Assembly: GCA_976551045.1 (NCBI GenBank)
Contig: CDPCPM010000011.1
Span: forward strand, 2,418,001 to 2,482,000
Length of the DNA stretch: 64,000 bases
Direction of reading: 5' to 3'
From: Glaucostegus cemiculus
Lineage: Eukaryota
A program made the position numbers and the translations under genes. How positions within the stretch are numbered: position 1 is the first letter of the stretch; each line of letters opens with the position of its first letter. Below are positions 12,111 through 25,300 of the stretch, piece by piece. The notes below the pieces were generated by a model. The model was not told the origin of the DNA. It worked only from the letters and a program-made list of their open reading frames with translations, and ran no database searches.

Positions 12111-14559
12111 TCCCCCATTTTTATTTTATTGAAGTTTCACCAATGAAGCTAACTCAAGGGGTTGAATGACCTTTTCCTCCTCCTGAGTCCACCTGCCAAC
12201 TCACTATCACCAGTTTACATGACTGTGCAATGTCAAGATCTGCCCTTACGTTAAGATACATATGAACTTGGCTACATTGCCCCTAGAGTGGAGCACCTTT
12301 GATGCATCCAATGTACCAGAAATAAGTGCAAAGCTGCTGGGGTAGGAGATCTGTCAACAAGCAAAGAACAAAGAGCAAACTGGAGAATTCAGGAAAAGAA
12401 TTGCAGAAAGTAAAATGAGCCTGTATTGAAGTGACGAGGGTTCACAACAGAGAGAGGCCAGCAAGGATTCTGGAAGCTGGCACTGAGACAAAAATGGTAA
12501 ACCACTGCCTGAAGGAGTGCAGCCAAATCAGCACTAAACACTCACTTTGAACAAACACTTGATAAAGGTTGTGACATTCGGGACGCCCCACCCAACACTC
12601 GCCACTCTCGACTGACGTCTGACTGCTCACACCTCTTGTCCCGTGCAGGCAGCCAACAAGTTTTGAAAAGTTGACAGCGCTGTAACAAAAGTTGCACTTC
12701 CACATGCCGTAGCAATCAAGAGATAAGCAACAAAATCAGGAGGCTTGTGTTAAAAATGGAAAAAACCTGACGGGTATATATTTAAAATGTCACTCAGATC
12801 TTCCTTCTTCTTTAAGAATCACTTGAAGCTACCGAGCTGCTATTACAATGAATGGCACCAGACTTGCTGATGGGAATGGGATCACTTGACATGCTATTTG
12901 TTTGGATGACAACCACCATTTGCATCTATAAATTCTATAAGATTCATGGCCATGGACATATCAACAGAACCCAAGTGAGCTCATTTCAGCATAAACTTGA
13001 GATCAAACACAGTGACAGAAACCCATCAGACTGCCCAATAAATCATCTGCTCTTCCTACCAATCAGATATAACAATCTGTTGCATACAACAGCACTCAAT
13101 TTCTCTTCCATTTTTCTCCTGCCCATCTCTTTCTTCTCCTTGTGCTATTTACCAATTGATAGAGCAGCCAACCCATCTCTTTTTGGACCTCTGCCAATGA
13201 CCCAAGTCCATTCAGCAGAAATGTAACACACTCCATTCCATACCACATGTTTGCATACCACAGTGCTATATCAATTGCTGCTTTCTCAAAAGGAACGACA
13301 ACCTAATGTAATATGTTGTGATGTGATGAACTAATGCATGCTTAAAATGTACAGCATTAATATATTGAGCTCATGTTATATGTTAGGAATAGAGTATGGT
13401 ACAATTTCCAATAATCATGCAATGATTATTTAACAAATTTAATCTTTTAGTGAGGATTTCATCACCTGATAACTGAATGAATTGTCAGAGTATCTGTGGT
13501 GACCATGATAAATCTGACATAAATATTTTTATCATTTCCTTTTCTCCTCCCTGCTTTCTCCTAAAGACATTGGTGTGCTACAATGTGCGAGCTTTTGCAG
13601 TCTGAGACATTCTGCATCGAAGAGCTAAGACAAAGAAATAAGCGCAGTTTTCGGACACAAAGAGCCTGAATCTGTAGTCATCCAATTGCCCATGACAGTA
13701 CATCTCTTGGAAGAGTCATTGAAAAGTGAAAACAACTCTGGGTGATTTCTGTTGCACTGTAAACCTGGGTGAAAAAAAAATCAACCAGTCTGACTCAGGG
13801 ATGATTCAAATCTGAGTCCTATTTTTAATATTTCCTTTATCAACTTAATGAAGGGAGAGCTGTGGCTCATATTTTCCAGTTAGTTATTCCAGCAAGTTTC
13901 GGCCTCAGTCTGTAGTGTTATCTAGTCACTGGCTGAAAAGAACTGACCACTAAGATTCCTGATTTCTTCTGCAATCCATGCTGAGTCAGCTTGTCTCTGC
14001 TGGAGTAGCCGAAGGAGCAAGTGGATAGTGAGGGAAGTCATAGGGAGATCTTCTCATCACCAGTAGGATGCTTGTACTGTAGACATGTGTCTGTACATGA
14101 CAAATAAGGAGAGAATCATACCTCAATGATTCAAAATTTGGATTTTTGCTGTGAAGGCTCATGTATGAATGCTGCCCCATGGGAAAAGTGGCTGTGACTA
14201 TGACACCAAGACAAGGCCAGGAATTGGCACCATCGTAGAGAGCAGGAAATTGTATAGAAAAAAGATAATACAATTACACCAACAAATGCACAAACACACA
14301 CGTCTGGTATCTCTAGAGTGATCTGCGATCTGAAACATTGTAATGTTGAACCATAATCTTACCTCTCCTTTTTGGATACTCAAGTGAAAACCCAAATTGA
14401 GAGATCAATCAGAGTTTAATTATTATTTGCAAGCTGGCAGGTGCTGAAAAGTTTCAGGAAAAAAATGCCCTTCACTCTGCTTAATAAGTTTTAGGCACAG
14501 AACAGTGATCCTTAAAAGCCACTAAACTACCATTCTTTTCCATGGATAAACCAATAGGA

Positions 14560-15378
14560 GTGGCAGTGGGAATAAATATACGGATTGAACAAGAATGGGC
14601 AACAGAGTGATTATGAAGGCATACTAACACTGGATAGTGAGGGTAATCATGTCGATGGACGAACAATAGATGTTGAGAGTAATTATATAGATAGAAGCAC
14701 AAAGACAGTGAGAGTATTTATACAAATCGATAACGGATTATGGTGTTAATATTCAAGATAGATCAACAGTGGATAGTGGAGTCAAACATATTGGGCAAAC
14801 CAAAGAGATCAACCAAATATTGAGTAATTAAATAGATAGATCAACAACACAGTGAGAATAATAAATTAATAGACCAAAAGTGACAGTGGGAGTCATAATG
14901 TAGATAGTCATAATAGTGATGGAGCAGTAAAGAATAAAAGGAATGGGACATAAGGAATTGGGCAACAATGGATATAAGAGAGAACAGATAAGCAGACCAA
15001 CCATGGAAATTATTATATAGATAGACCAACAATGGACAGTAACCATACAGGTAAATAGCAATGGACATTGGGAGTAAGTGCACAGGTGGATGAACAGTGG
15101 AGGTTGGAAGCAATTATATAGATAGACCAACAAGCAAAGATGCAAATAATTATAAACAATGAATAGTGGGCCAATTATATATAGAATAACAATGGACAGT
15201 GGAGGTTATTAGATAGATCAACAATAGACAGTGGAAGTAAGAATACAGACTGATGGGCAATGGACAGTGGAGTTACTTATATAGACCAATTATGGACAAT
15301 GAAATGCTTATACAGGTTGACCAACAATGGACAATGGAGTGATTATGTATAGAAAAGCTGGGCAGTGGGAATATTTAT
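14560..15378. repeat. Old degenerate minisatellite, ~36-bp unit
   Basis: About 20 imperfect copies of GTAATTATATAGATAGACCAACAATGGACAGTGGGA (consensus by eye). Confidence 0.8.
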
Positions 15379-16341
15379 GGCCCAGATTCTCCTGCAATGA
15401 TGACATGATACAGACAATTAATTTCACTATCTAGCATATTGATCTCTGCGGTGGTAACCTATGCCATAGGTTTCTGGTTTCCTAGTTAAAACATGAAGTC
15501 ATACAGCCACTGGCCACATCACTGCATAAAAGATTCCTGCTCACTTCATTTAAAATAACAGCACTGATGTGTGGCTCTTTCTACATTTGCACACATGTAG
15601 ATACACTATTGTGATCTACTTTAGACATTTTATGTCTGTGCATCTTTTAGTTAATTTACAAAATAGCAAATTACCACCAATAAATGTTGATAAAGGAAAC
15701 ATAGTTTGGAAAATACATAAAAGAGAACTGTTTTATTGACATGACATCACATTGGTTTAAGAATCTGTCTTTCTAAAAGTCCTGATCAGCAAACACATTA
15801 GTATGTCATTTAAATTCAATCAGAGAATACATTTAAAATCAATAAATCACTCTACTGCTTGGCCAACAGTGCTATTATTTTTCAGTCTAAATGGCAGCAG
15901 AATGGAAACTGTCTCAAAAGGAAGGAAAATCACAATCGCCATTAATTGCAAAGAAGGCAGAACTTTGATTAGTTTCTAATGCTTTTCAGCAAGGTTAGTG
16001 TTGAGAGTGGTGCACAAGTGCAAAGACAATATTCAGGGAAATAATTAATGGTGTAAGTTATCTACTCCATAATTTCAACGATCCTTATGTTGTTTGGCAT
16101 GCCCTAAAAAAATCTGGGTCAGTATATGTATGTTTAATGGAGGCTATAAGGGATTACAATGGCAGGAGAATGCTTCAACTTACCCAAAGTTCTGAATTCA
16201 AAGAAATTAACTAAATAAATTAATTTCCCTTCAACCAAGCAATTAGTCTTTATGTAACTCTTCTTTCTCAATTTGGCCAAAAACTAGATTTGACTTATAA
16301 TTTGTAGCCGACTATTTCATATTCATATCTAATTATTCAGA

Positions 16342-17177
16342 TGTTACGGATTAGGTCCGTATTTGGTGAANNNNNNNNNNNNNNNNNNNNNNNNNNNNNN
16401 NNNNNNNNNNNNNNNNNNNNNNNNNNNNNNNNNNNNNNNNNNNNNNNNNNNNNNNNNNNNNNNNNNNNNNNNNNNNNNNNNNNNNNNNNNNNNNNNNNNN
16501 NNNNNNNNNNNNNNNNNNNNNNNNAGGAGATAGCAACGTGCTGACATTTTGGTTCAGTCAGAATCAGAAATAAGGAGAAGAGAGAGAAAGACACTGACTG
16601 CCGGTCTCTGTATCGATGGATGAAAAGCAACAACTGTGTCTGTCACTACAATTCACATACGGATTTTTGGAAAAAAGCAGTGAAGTCCACTTTGTTGTTG
16701 ACCTGTAGTGGGGAACAGGTGTTTGTGTGCACAGTCATGTCTCCAATCCCTTTCAGGGTGGCAGATACTTTGGAACAACAGTGGAGTAGTCACTGTTGAG
16801 TAGACACTGAGGTGTCGTATGGGTTCCATCGTAGAACATTTGAATTTTGTGATGTCTCCATTCTCTCCCTACATTTTCTCTTCAGTCAATGGCGTTTTTG
16901 CAAAAGCCTTTGCTCACGTTTCACCTTATGGCCTGCTGAACTGAACTTTGAGAACTATTCCTGGACTTGGAGTTTGGGAATTTGCCACACACACACACTT
17001 CAAATTTAGGGTTTTTTGGGGGGGGGGGGGTTAATGGTTAATATCTAACATTTTTACTTCTAACATTCTAACACTTTTACTTTTATTTTTTCTTATTATC
17101 ATAAGTAGTTATTAATAAAATAGTTTCTAACACTTATACATTGCTCAGTGTGTTTCTCTTGTTGCTGGTACGTAGCA
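16342..17177 (+). mobile_element. Solo LTR (Gypsy-like or ERV) spanning an assembly gap
   Basis: Termini TGTTACG...CGTAGCA; 4-bp target-site duplication CAGA (16338-16341 and 17178-17181); AATAAA at 17114. Confidence 0.8.
16371..16524. other. Assembly gap (154 N)
   Basis: Run of N. Confidence 1.
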
Positions 17178-18399
17178 CAGAATTTTTGAGGATAGAAACT
17201 CACCAGCTTTATTTTTTTACAATTAAGTACAAATGGTAGAAAGGTTCCCTTTGGTTCCGTTCACTGTCTTTCCTCTACTTACAGTGCCATACCTTAACAT
17301 CCTTTGCATGTTGTGGGTGGTGCTACACATTGTGGTCTGTGCCAGGGTGTGGGAGGGTACAAGTTAACTCCCTGAAGAATTCCCTGCAAGAACGTTCCTG
17401 AACTCACTCAAGCTGTGATGGGGAGGTGACTGAGCAGAGGCAAGGAGCTCAAAGGAAATTCAACCTGGGATGCTACTACTTGCTCACTGATGGTCAGGTA
17501 TGCAACAGCGTGATCCAGAATTGTCACTTTTTCAGCCAGGGGCATGTTATATTGAGACCAAAAGACTTTGAAATCACAACTGTATTATCACCTCAAGTTC
17601 TTACTTGTTGTTAATTTTAAACTTCTTGATGTTATTTTGGTGCCTCTTTGTAAAAAAAGAAATGGACAATTTAAATACAAGTATGGAACATTTTTATTCA
17701 AATTTTCTTGTCTGGTATTTGTGACAAACATATTACCACGCTGGCATGAAATCACCCTGCTAATTTTACAAATATCTAAACAATTCAAATTAAATAGTTT
17801 ATGCCTTTATTGAAATAGCAATCCCACTGAATGATTTAAAACATTTGTTGCTAATATTATAAAAACAAAAAAAATCAACACATAACTCACATTTTATTAG
17901 TGTCTCAGATTCTTTGTATTTGTTTGACTAAATGTTCACATGGTTATTGCAGAGAAGCTGCTCTCTACTCATCCTCTCCTCTTAGATAAACACACACAGT
18001 CATTTCAAGAATAAAGGCAAGTACGTACCTTTGTGCAATCAAAAATCCTCCAATCAAGTATGGATTACCCCTACATGTCGGGTTTGATTAGGTTAGCACA
18101 GCCTTGTTAATACTGCACAACTCATTTTAGGAATGACTATGGCTCTATCATTCTGTCCCAAATGATTTTGACTCTGCTGAATTAATTCCAGGATCCTGGC
18201 TCTAGCCCTGAGACAAATTTCATCTGTAGTCTCTCACACTCTCTCCTGCCTCCACTGAACATCTGACTCAAACTTCTGGCACCGATCTCATTCCCAACAC
18301 TCACATAACTCAAGCAGTCCAGATTTCAGTGCCAGTTTCCCATCCTCCACAACCAATATCCTGTTTATTGTCTGCAATATTCCTAATTCCTCTTTTTAA

Positions 18400-18401
<2 letters not shown>

Positions 18402-18477
<76 letters not shown>
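18402..18477. repeat. (TG)38 microsatellite
   Basis: Read directly from the sequence. Confidence 0.97.
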
Positions 18478-18481
<4 letters not shown>

Positions 18482-21400
18482 CGCGCGATTCGCGCGTGTG
18501 TAATCTTTGAACAAAAGGTAACAATGAATGGAAGTGACCTTTTTTTGTTTTCTCCTTTGTATGTACATTATCCTTGAGCAGCAGTGAAGCAGAATTGTCT
18601 TGAGATCCGCATTTTGACATGTGTGCCCACTAGTAGGAACAGGGAAAAAAATTGCCATTTTGTAGTTCAGAAGCAATGTACTGCCACAGCCGACTGTCCA
18701 TATTTTAATCCATGAAAATGAATCTTCTTTAGCAGTATCCAACATATATAAACTCTCATTCAAACTTCAATTCTCCTCTCCGTTAAGACATCACTAAAAA
18801 TTTTATAAGTGAAATAACACATGCTAATATTTGGAAAGCTTTGTTAAAAAATGATTTTTTTAATGTGTGGCTGGCACATTTTAACAAGGAAAAGATGAAA
18901 AAGAAACTAGAGTGTTACACAGTTGGAAAAAAACACAAAATGCTGCTAATGCAATTTTCTTCCAGATGGCAATTGACTTCACCATAGATATTTTTCCCAT
19001 CTTACGTTATAACATTAACAAGTTGAAAAAAAGTGAATTGTGGAAAGTTAGAATAAAGCAGAAAATTCATTGCAAGCATAGTGCAAATAGAACAGAATTA
19101 AAATAATGATCAGAATTAAAGGAAGCACAATAAATGGACAGCTCTGAACCAGACATGAAATGGACAAGCAAATTGTGACCATCTTTTACACCAATACAAA
19201 CCAAGTTCTGCCTGCAACAGCAGCAATGGAAGGCAATCAATGGAACACTGAGCCAACATTCAGGAGGCCACACCAAAACTCCAAAACCTGGATATCAGAA
19301 TAAAGTTGCTAGTACTGTCATACGATGAGATCAACATTTTAAGCTACTAACAAACACTTGTAGCCCAAAACATGAAGCTGTCCTTTCACTTACCCTGGTG
19401 AGCATTAGCAACATTTGTCTTTTTTAAACAATACAATCAAAGTTGGCATTGCACAAGAATTGGGAAAGGAAAGTATAAAAATGCATTTAAGTACTTGACC
19501 CTTTGGGATGGTTTTCAATTTACCATAACATTTATTCTACACACAAAGGGATGGCAGTAACAGGTCCATAGTTCAACTCTTCCTTTAAGTGGGGATCATT
19601 TAACACTCTTCCCAATGCCTCATGCTTTGTGTCATAGTAATTTTTCAATTTTCCTATTCCTGGAATATATACAAGACACTCAATGTGGTCTCACAGCACC
19701 AATAGCAAATAATAAAATGTTCAGAACCTGTAATTAGTAGCTGCAAGGTTCTGCTTTACAATGACACATTTCCCAATGTATATATAAATAAATCGTATTT
19801 GATGCTGGTAACCCTGAGCTTTTTTTTAAGCTTTTCTGAAAAGGAGGTTATACTAATTTATTCAAATGAGGGCAGCAATACTGCCAAGACAATCATTTTT
19901 TTTATTTTTGAAACCTTCATATATTTTATTATATTTAAAAATATGCATACCGTGTTTGCACACAAAGAAATGGATAAGCCAATTAGTCAAGAGCAACTGA
20001 TTTCCATTTATACCTTGCACCAAAAGAATCACAAGCTAAATAATAAAATGACATTAAAACAGAATCAAAGACTACACATAAAAATAAAAGCTGTAATTTG
20101 TTTCTGAAGTATTTTATCACAATTGCATTTGTGATGTCGCAGATGTATTTATGAAATAAATATTCAACAAAACTAACTGATGATCATAGAAGGGATGTAA
20201 TTCCACAATGTGCATCATGAAATGCAAAACACTAAATAATCATATTTTGTTGTGTTTTTACAAAAAGACCCTATTAGAAGGGTCTCATTATCCGGTCAAA
20301 TATTGAACTCCAGCATTTCACATTAATATATGTTAGTGGAAATGCATGAACACAGTTATCAATTCATGGTGGGAAGGAAAAGGCAAGAAGCAGGGCCAGC
20401 ATTTATTTTTCCTATTTACCTTAAAGCCCAATTTGATTGTGAATTGCACTGACAGTAATTATCATGGCTAATCACTCTGTATGCTGAGTACCCCTTGTTG
20501 TGCACAAGTACACATATTTGCTGTCATGTAAAATATGTAAAATTGGTTATTCACATAATGCAAAATATTAAAAGTTTCCACAATACTGTGAGGGTCACAA
20601 ACTTCATCAGTTTATGATATCATTTACAAGGCAGAAAAAAAATTACAATTCATAATAAGCTTCCAGTCTATATTCAACATGTAGCACAATTTGATTGACA
20701 AACGACAGGTGTTTATAACCACTAATGGCAAAATCGCATTCTCCATTGTACTTAGTTTACTGGTCTGTGATCATCTTTAAAAAGCTGCACTTCCCACATT
20801 TGCTTAATTTTCTTGCTTTTAAAAGTTTAGCTTCTACTCAGGATAAATTAATAAAGCAAACACTGAAAGAAATGTGCGTATTATCATATCTGTTGCCATA
20901 TGTTTTATATATAATGTATGCATTTATTATTCAGAATACTGGATCCAGTGATCACAAAACTTTATGACTTAAATCAATCAAATTCTTCAAATAAAAATGA
21001 ATTAAAAGAACACAAATGAGAATTCACCCAGTAAGCAGAAACTGAGGGCATAGCAGTCTTGAGGAGAGACTATAGGAGATTTCAGGAGAGTTGGACAATA
21101 TATCTTGAAATATTTTTCTCATTTTTCTCCCAATATTGTATTTCCAAAAATGGATTAAAAGATCATAACTCAGGTTCACAATTTAAACATTTACTGACAG
21201 ATAATAATGGTCTAAAACATTTTGGATAATATTTTCCTTCTCCCTATGCAATCCCTATGTATACCCACTTCAAGTGAGTTGGTTAACAATTAGGGTAAAA
21301 AGATATCTGTGTTAGTTCAAAGATTCAGTAGTCTGTACAGTAAAGTGAGAGATGATTCTTACTCACTGATTAGAAAGATTCATACAGTAGGCAAAGAAAA

Positions 21401-21989
21401 TCATTTTCTGATGCTAACTTCTAGAGAACCTGACAGAAAGAGACACCATACCTTTGAAAACAAAGGGCCAAGTCTATTTGTGTTTTGCATCATCACATTA
21501 ACAAATGTGGTCATTTGCACTTTTGTTTTGATTAAAAACTAAAATTAGCTGCATTGTTGACAGAAATAATGACTTGTTAGACATTTTAAAATGTTTATAT
21601 TTTCAGTTCTAATTATGTCATCTGTGAGACCTGTTCAAAGCCATAATTATCATTTGAAACCTGGACAAGCTTCACATCTGCCGTGGAATGAAGCAAGCCC
21701 AAACCCGTCTTTCTTTGCTTTACTGCTCTACTGAATCACAGAGTATCAAAGGAAATGCAGATACAAAACAAAATGCAGTGCCAGTTAAGAATCTTCACAT
21801 ATTCCCACATTTTTATAAAGGAAGGGATATTGTGTTAGTACAATTTATTTACATCATCTTTTCATCAATGACATTACAGGATTGTTAAGTTCACAGGGAC
21901 TTACAGTCCACCAAATGTTTACAAATTTGGTCTGTTCAAAAATTGCAAGCTTTATAATTTTAAATTAAATTACACAATGGACAGCTTTC

Positions 21990-22315
21990 CAGACTCCCTG
22001 GGCACAGTGAGCTTAATAAGTGACACAGATTCAGGTTTGATCTGTGCTGAGTTAGCTGTTCTCAGGGCATGTTACAATTGCCCTCAGTGCCCTAGATCAG
22101 AGAAGACTGCATCAGCCTAGGTACCTGCACCTGGTCTCGATCCAGTAACCACAGCTGTATGTGAGTATATGCAGAACCAGACAGGAATGGTCTCTACCCT
22201 GGGGTTAAATAGACTTACTGTCAAGGCTATTGCACAAGTAAATGAAGTGCCAAAGGTAAACAGCACTCATGAAACTGATTCCCAGTAAAGAATCACCGCC
22301 TTCAAAAGAGTCAAA
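21990..22315 (+). mobile_element. Ancient tRNA-SINE remnant (family uncertain)
   Basis: CAGGTTTGATCTGTGCTGAGTTAGCTG...TACAATTGCCCTCAGTGCCC...CCGCCTTCAAAAGAG resembles an old chondrichthyan SINE; probable relatives near 11120-11300, 13545-13830 and 26385-26775. Confidence 0.45.
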
Positions 22316-25300
22316 ACATTTTTATAAAATAAAGTCATGGATAAAATTTTAAAAATTACTTTGCTAAATTTTACGTAGTCAATCTGATTCAGCAACTAGA
22401 TAATTAAGTAACCCTTTGAATGTTGTACATCTCGTTTTCCTTTATCAGTAACTGGTATCATTCAGTAACTAATACGAAGTATCTGAATATTGTAAAGCAG
22501 TTTGGAGAATAGTAACATAGTGTGGAACTTGCTATAATGTGTGAGCGTTAAAGTATAGTATCTTCAGAAAATCCAAAACCAACCTTACTTGCAGATTGAC
22601 TTAGGAGTAATGATGGTTATGTCTTCAACAAATATGCACAACTCCATAAGAATTTACAATTAAAATAATATCTCTTTTGTATAAAATCAAGGCTAGAAAT
22701 TATTGAGTTACGCTGATGATATGATTCTCAAAAACCAGGTTTGTCTCAAGCAACTTCCAAACATAAATGTGATTATTAAACTTCATACAAAGCAATTCAT
22801 CTTCCCACATTTGACTTCTGCAGCTGTTCACAATTGCTGAAGGCAGACTTTTTATTTTCCACTGTGCAATTTTACATGAAAGGAAGCATTTCTGATTAAG
22901 AAGACATTTTTAAAATATGCTCAGCTTTCATTTGGATTTTTCCCCCTTGATGTACTACACTGTTCTAAAGGACACGACATTCTACTTGAGTCCAGGCAGC
23001 ACCATAGGTACTCAAGGAGAACTATCTTTGCACAGAGCTTCTGCTATATTTCTGAACACAAAGTTATTATTCAAAATAATTTGTGTTTTTATTACTATTT
23101 CAGTGGATTTCATGTTGCAGATCTCCAAAGGCAGTACAAGAGATGTTCCCTTCATATAATACACATTTTAAATGTCAAAGATGTACATGCAACAATTTGC
23201 TTTAACACTCAAACATGTTTTTTATCACTCAATGGACAATGAATGTCTATTTCAACACTGCGTAGTTTATAATTAGAGTTCAACAAACTACACTACAAGA
23301 GGATTGAATGGAGACTAAAAGTCTTAATATCTCCAGGAGCTGCATATTAATATTAAGAATTAAGGCAGTGCCTTCAGCGTTACAAATGATATTCTCATAG
23401 AGGCTGGTTAAATAAAAATATTGGTGTAGTATCATGGCAGATTAGACATATTTTGCATTTACAATTGCTGAATGTGGTGCTGCACAAACAATATGTTCAC
23501 AAAACTATCCTGCTTGGTAGCAAGAAATTCCTGGTGACATGAGGGCATTCACCGAAGGTCAGGTAATGACAAAATTCAACACCACCCACTGGGCTGCGCA
23601 TTCATTCTACTCTCGTTTTTGTCAGAAGTGACTCAAGCATTTTCTGTAAGCTTCATTCATGAATCTTAAAAAAAATAATCACAATGAGTAGCTTTACAAA
23701 GGGTAATCCTATGTTCAGTACATTTTGAACCCAACTTATTCTATACATCCCACATGAATGCACTCTAGTATAATTCAAAGTATGTTTAGCAAAGAGCGAT
23801 ACTTTGAATATTGAGTACTCAGTTTGGGTGGGACAAAAAAGTGACCTTCAATTATTGAGAGCAAAAACAAGTTTGAAGTACAAAATGTTTTTGATTGGCA
23901 TTAGGTGTGCCATATCACAGCATAAAGCACAGAACTAGTTATCATTAATGTCTAAAACAAAATGACTTTACAGTAGTTTTGTTATGTTTAAGTATATAAC
24001 AGGCAGACTTATCTTTATTGACAGTTCATTGTCCTAATAATTCTATTCAAATACATGATTTCAATCCATTGGTCTCACACTCAATGATTTTCAAGTCATG
24101 TCCCACAGTGAGTAATTAGAACCCCCAGTTGTGTAAGTCACTTGTACCCATCTGCCACTGTGCACACTTCAAACAGTACCCAACTAACAGCAATGCTATT
24201 TTCAGAACCTGATTTAGTGTTGAAATGCTGAACTCTTTTTGCAACAACTAAAGTATACCTTTTTTTAATAAATGTAGTGCAATAGAACTAATTCTCTTTT
24301 GCTCAATGCAGTACTGTTTATTAACAGTAGCTTCTTCCATTAGAAAATGTTTAAATAAATAAAAGTAGCTTAAAAAGAAGTCCCTGCTAAAGTCTCAATG
24401 TTTTCATTAATCCTAATCGAAAGTAAAGAATGTACATTTACTCCAATATACTGAAGATTCAATTTAATCCAGACAATAACTATTCACATCAGAACATCCA
24501 ATTTTACATGGTGAGTATTTAGCCCATTAAACTAAACAAGCTGTGTGCCTAGGTATCCAAATCTGCTCCCACGGCCCTCTCTTTACTCCTGTAGTATTTT
24601 GTTATTATTTTCACACTTTTAAAAAATATGCAGTTGTCAAGTTCAGATCCACTTCTATACATGAACCTATGACTTTTTGGTACCTATAGATAGATCTTCA
24701 TATATAGCTCACAGAAAAATGGGGTGGGACAGAGCATACATACAGACATAGACCAGATGAGCCAATAACTTGTTTCTCTGCTATAATATATATATAAGGA
24801 TAAAATCGTTTATGATTGTCAGTGATGTTCAATGTTCTTCTTGGTTGTGTCTCTTGGTTCTTTCGAATTGGTTAGACTCATACTTTTTACTTTAATTTTT
24901 TTTCCAATCGCATCTCTCAAATATTCTTTTTAATTGCCTTGCACTGAAAGAAAATTCTATCTTGTCTCAAGAAAGGAAAAGCCTCCAGGATACCTGTTCA
25001 TAGAGTGGGCCCACAAATAAATGCTTATCTCTTGTAAACATTGGATCAGGAATTGGCCACTTAGCCTCCTGAGTTTGTTCTGCCAGTCAATCACATCATG
25101 ACTGTGATCTGTGGACTGAGGTCTATGTACCTGCCTGAACATCAGTCAAGTCCAGGCTTGCTGAGGAAGACCTCTTCTATTTGTGGCTTTATGAGATATA
25201 ACTGAAATGGTCTTAGAAGAGCTTTTCTTCAATGCTTAGTGAATGTGGACTTAAAGCACAAAGCTCTTCCTGATGCAGTATTATTTTTGGTAGAATGGTC

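Noticed and set aside
14560-15378. CRISPR-like spacing of ~36-bp repeats
   Set aside because: Eukaryotic context, contiguous degenerate units, no spacers and no cas genes.
16337-16633. ORFs containing runs of X
   Set aside because: Artefacts of the N gap.
18329-18763. CV/HT-repeat ORFs (also 7916-8193 and 59959-60226)
   Set aside because: Translations of TG/CA microsatellites.
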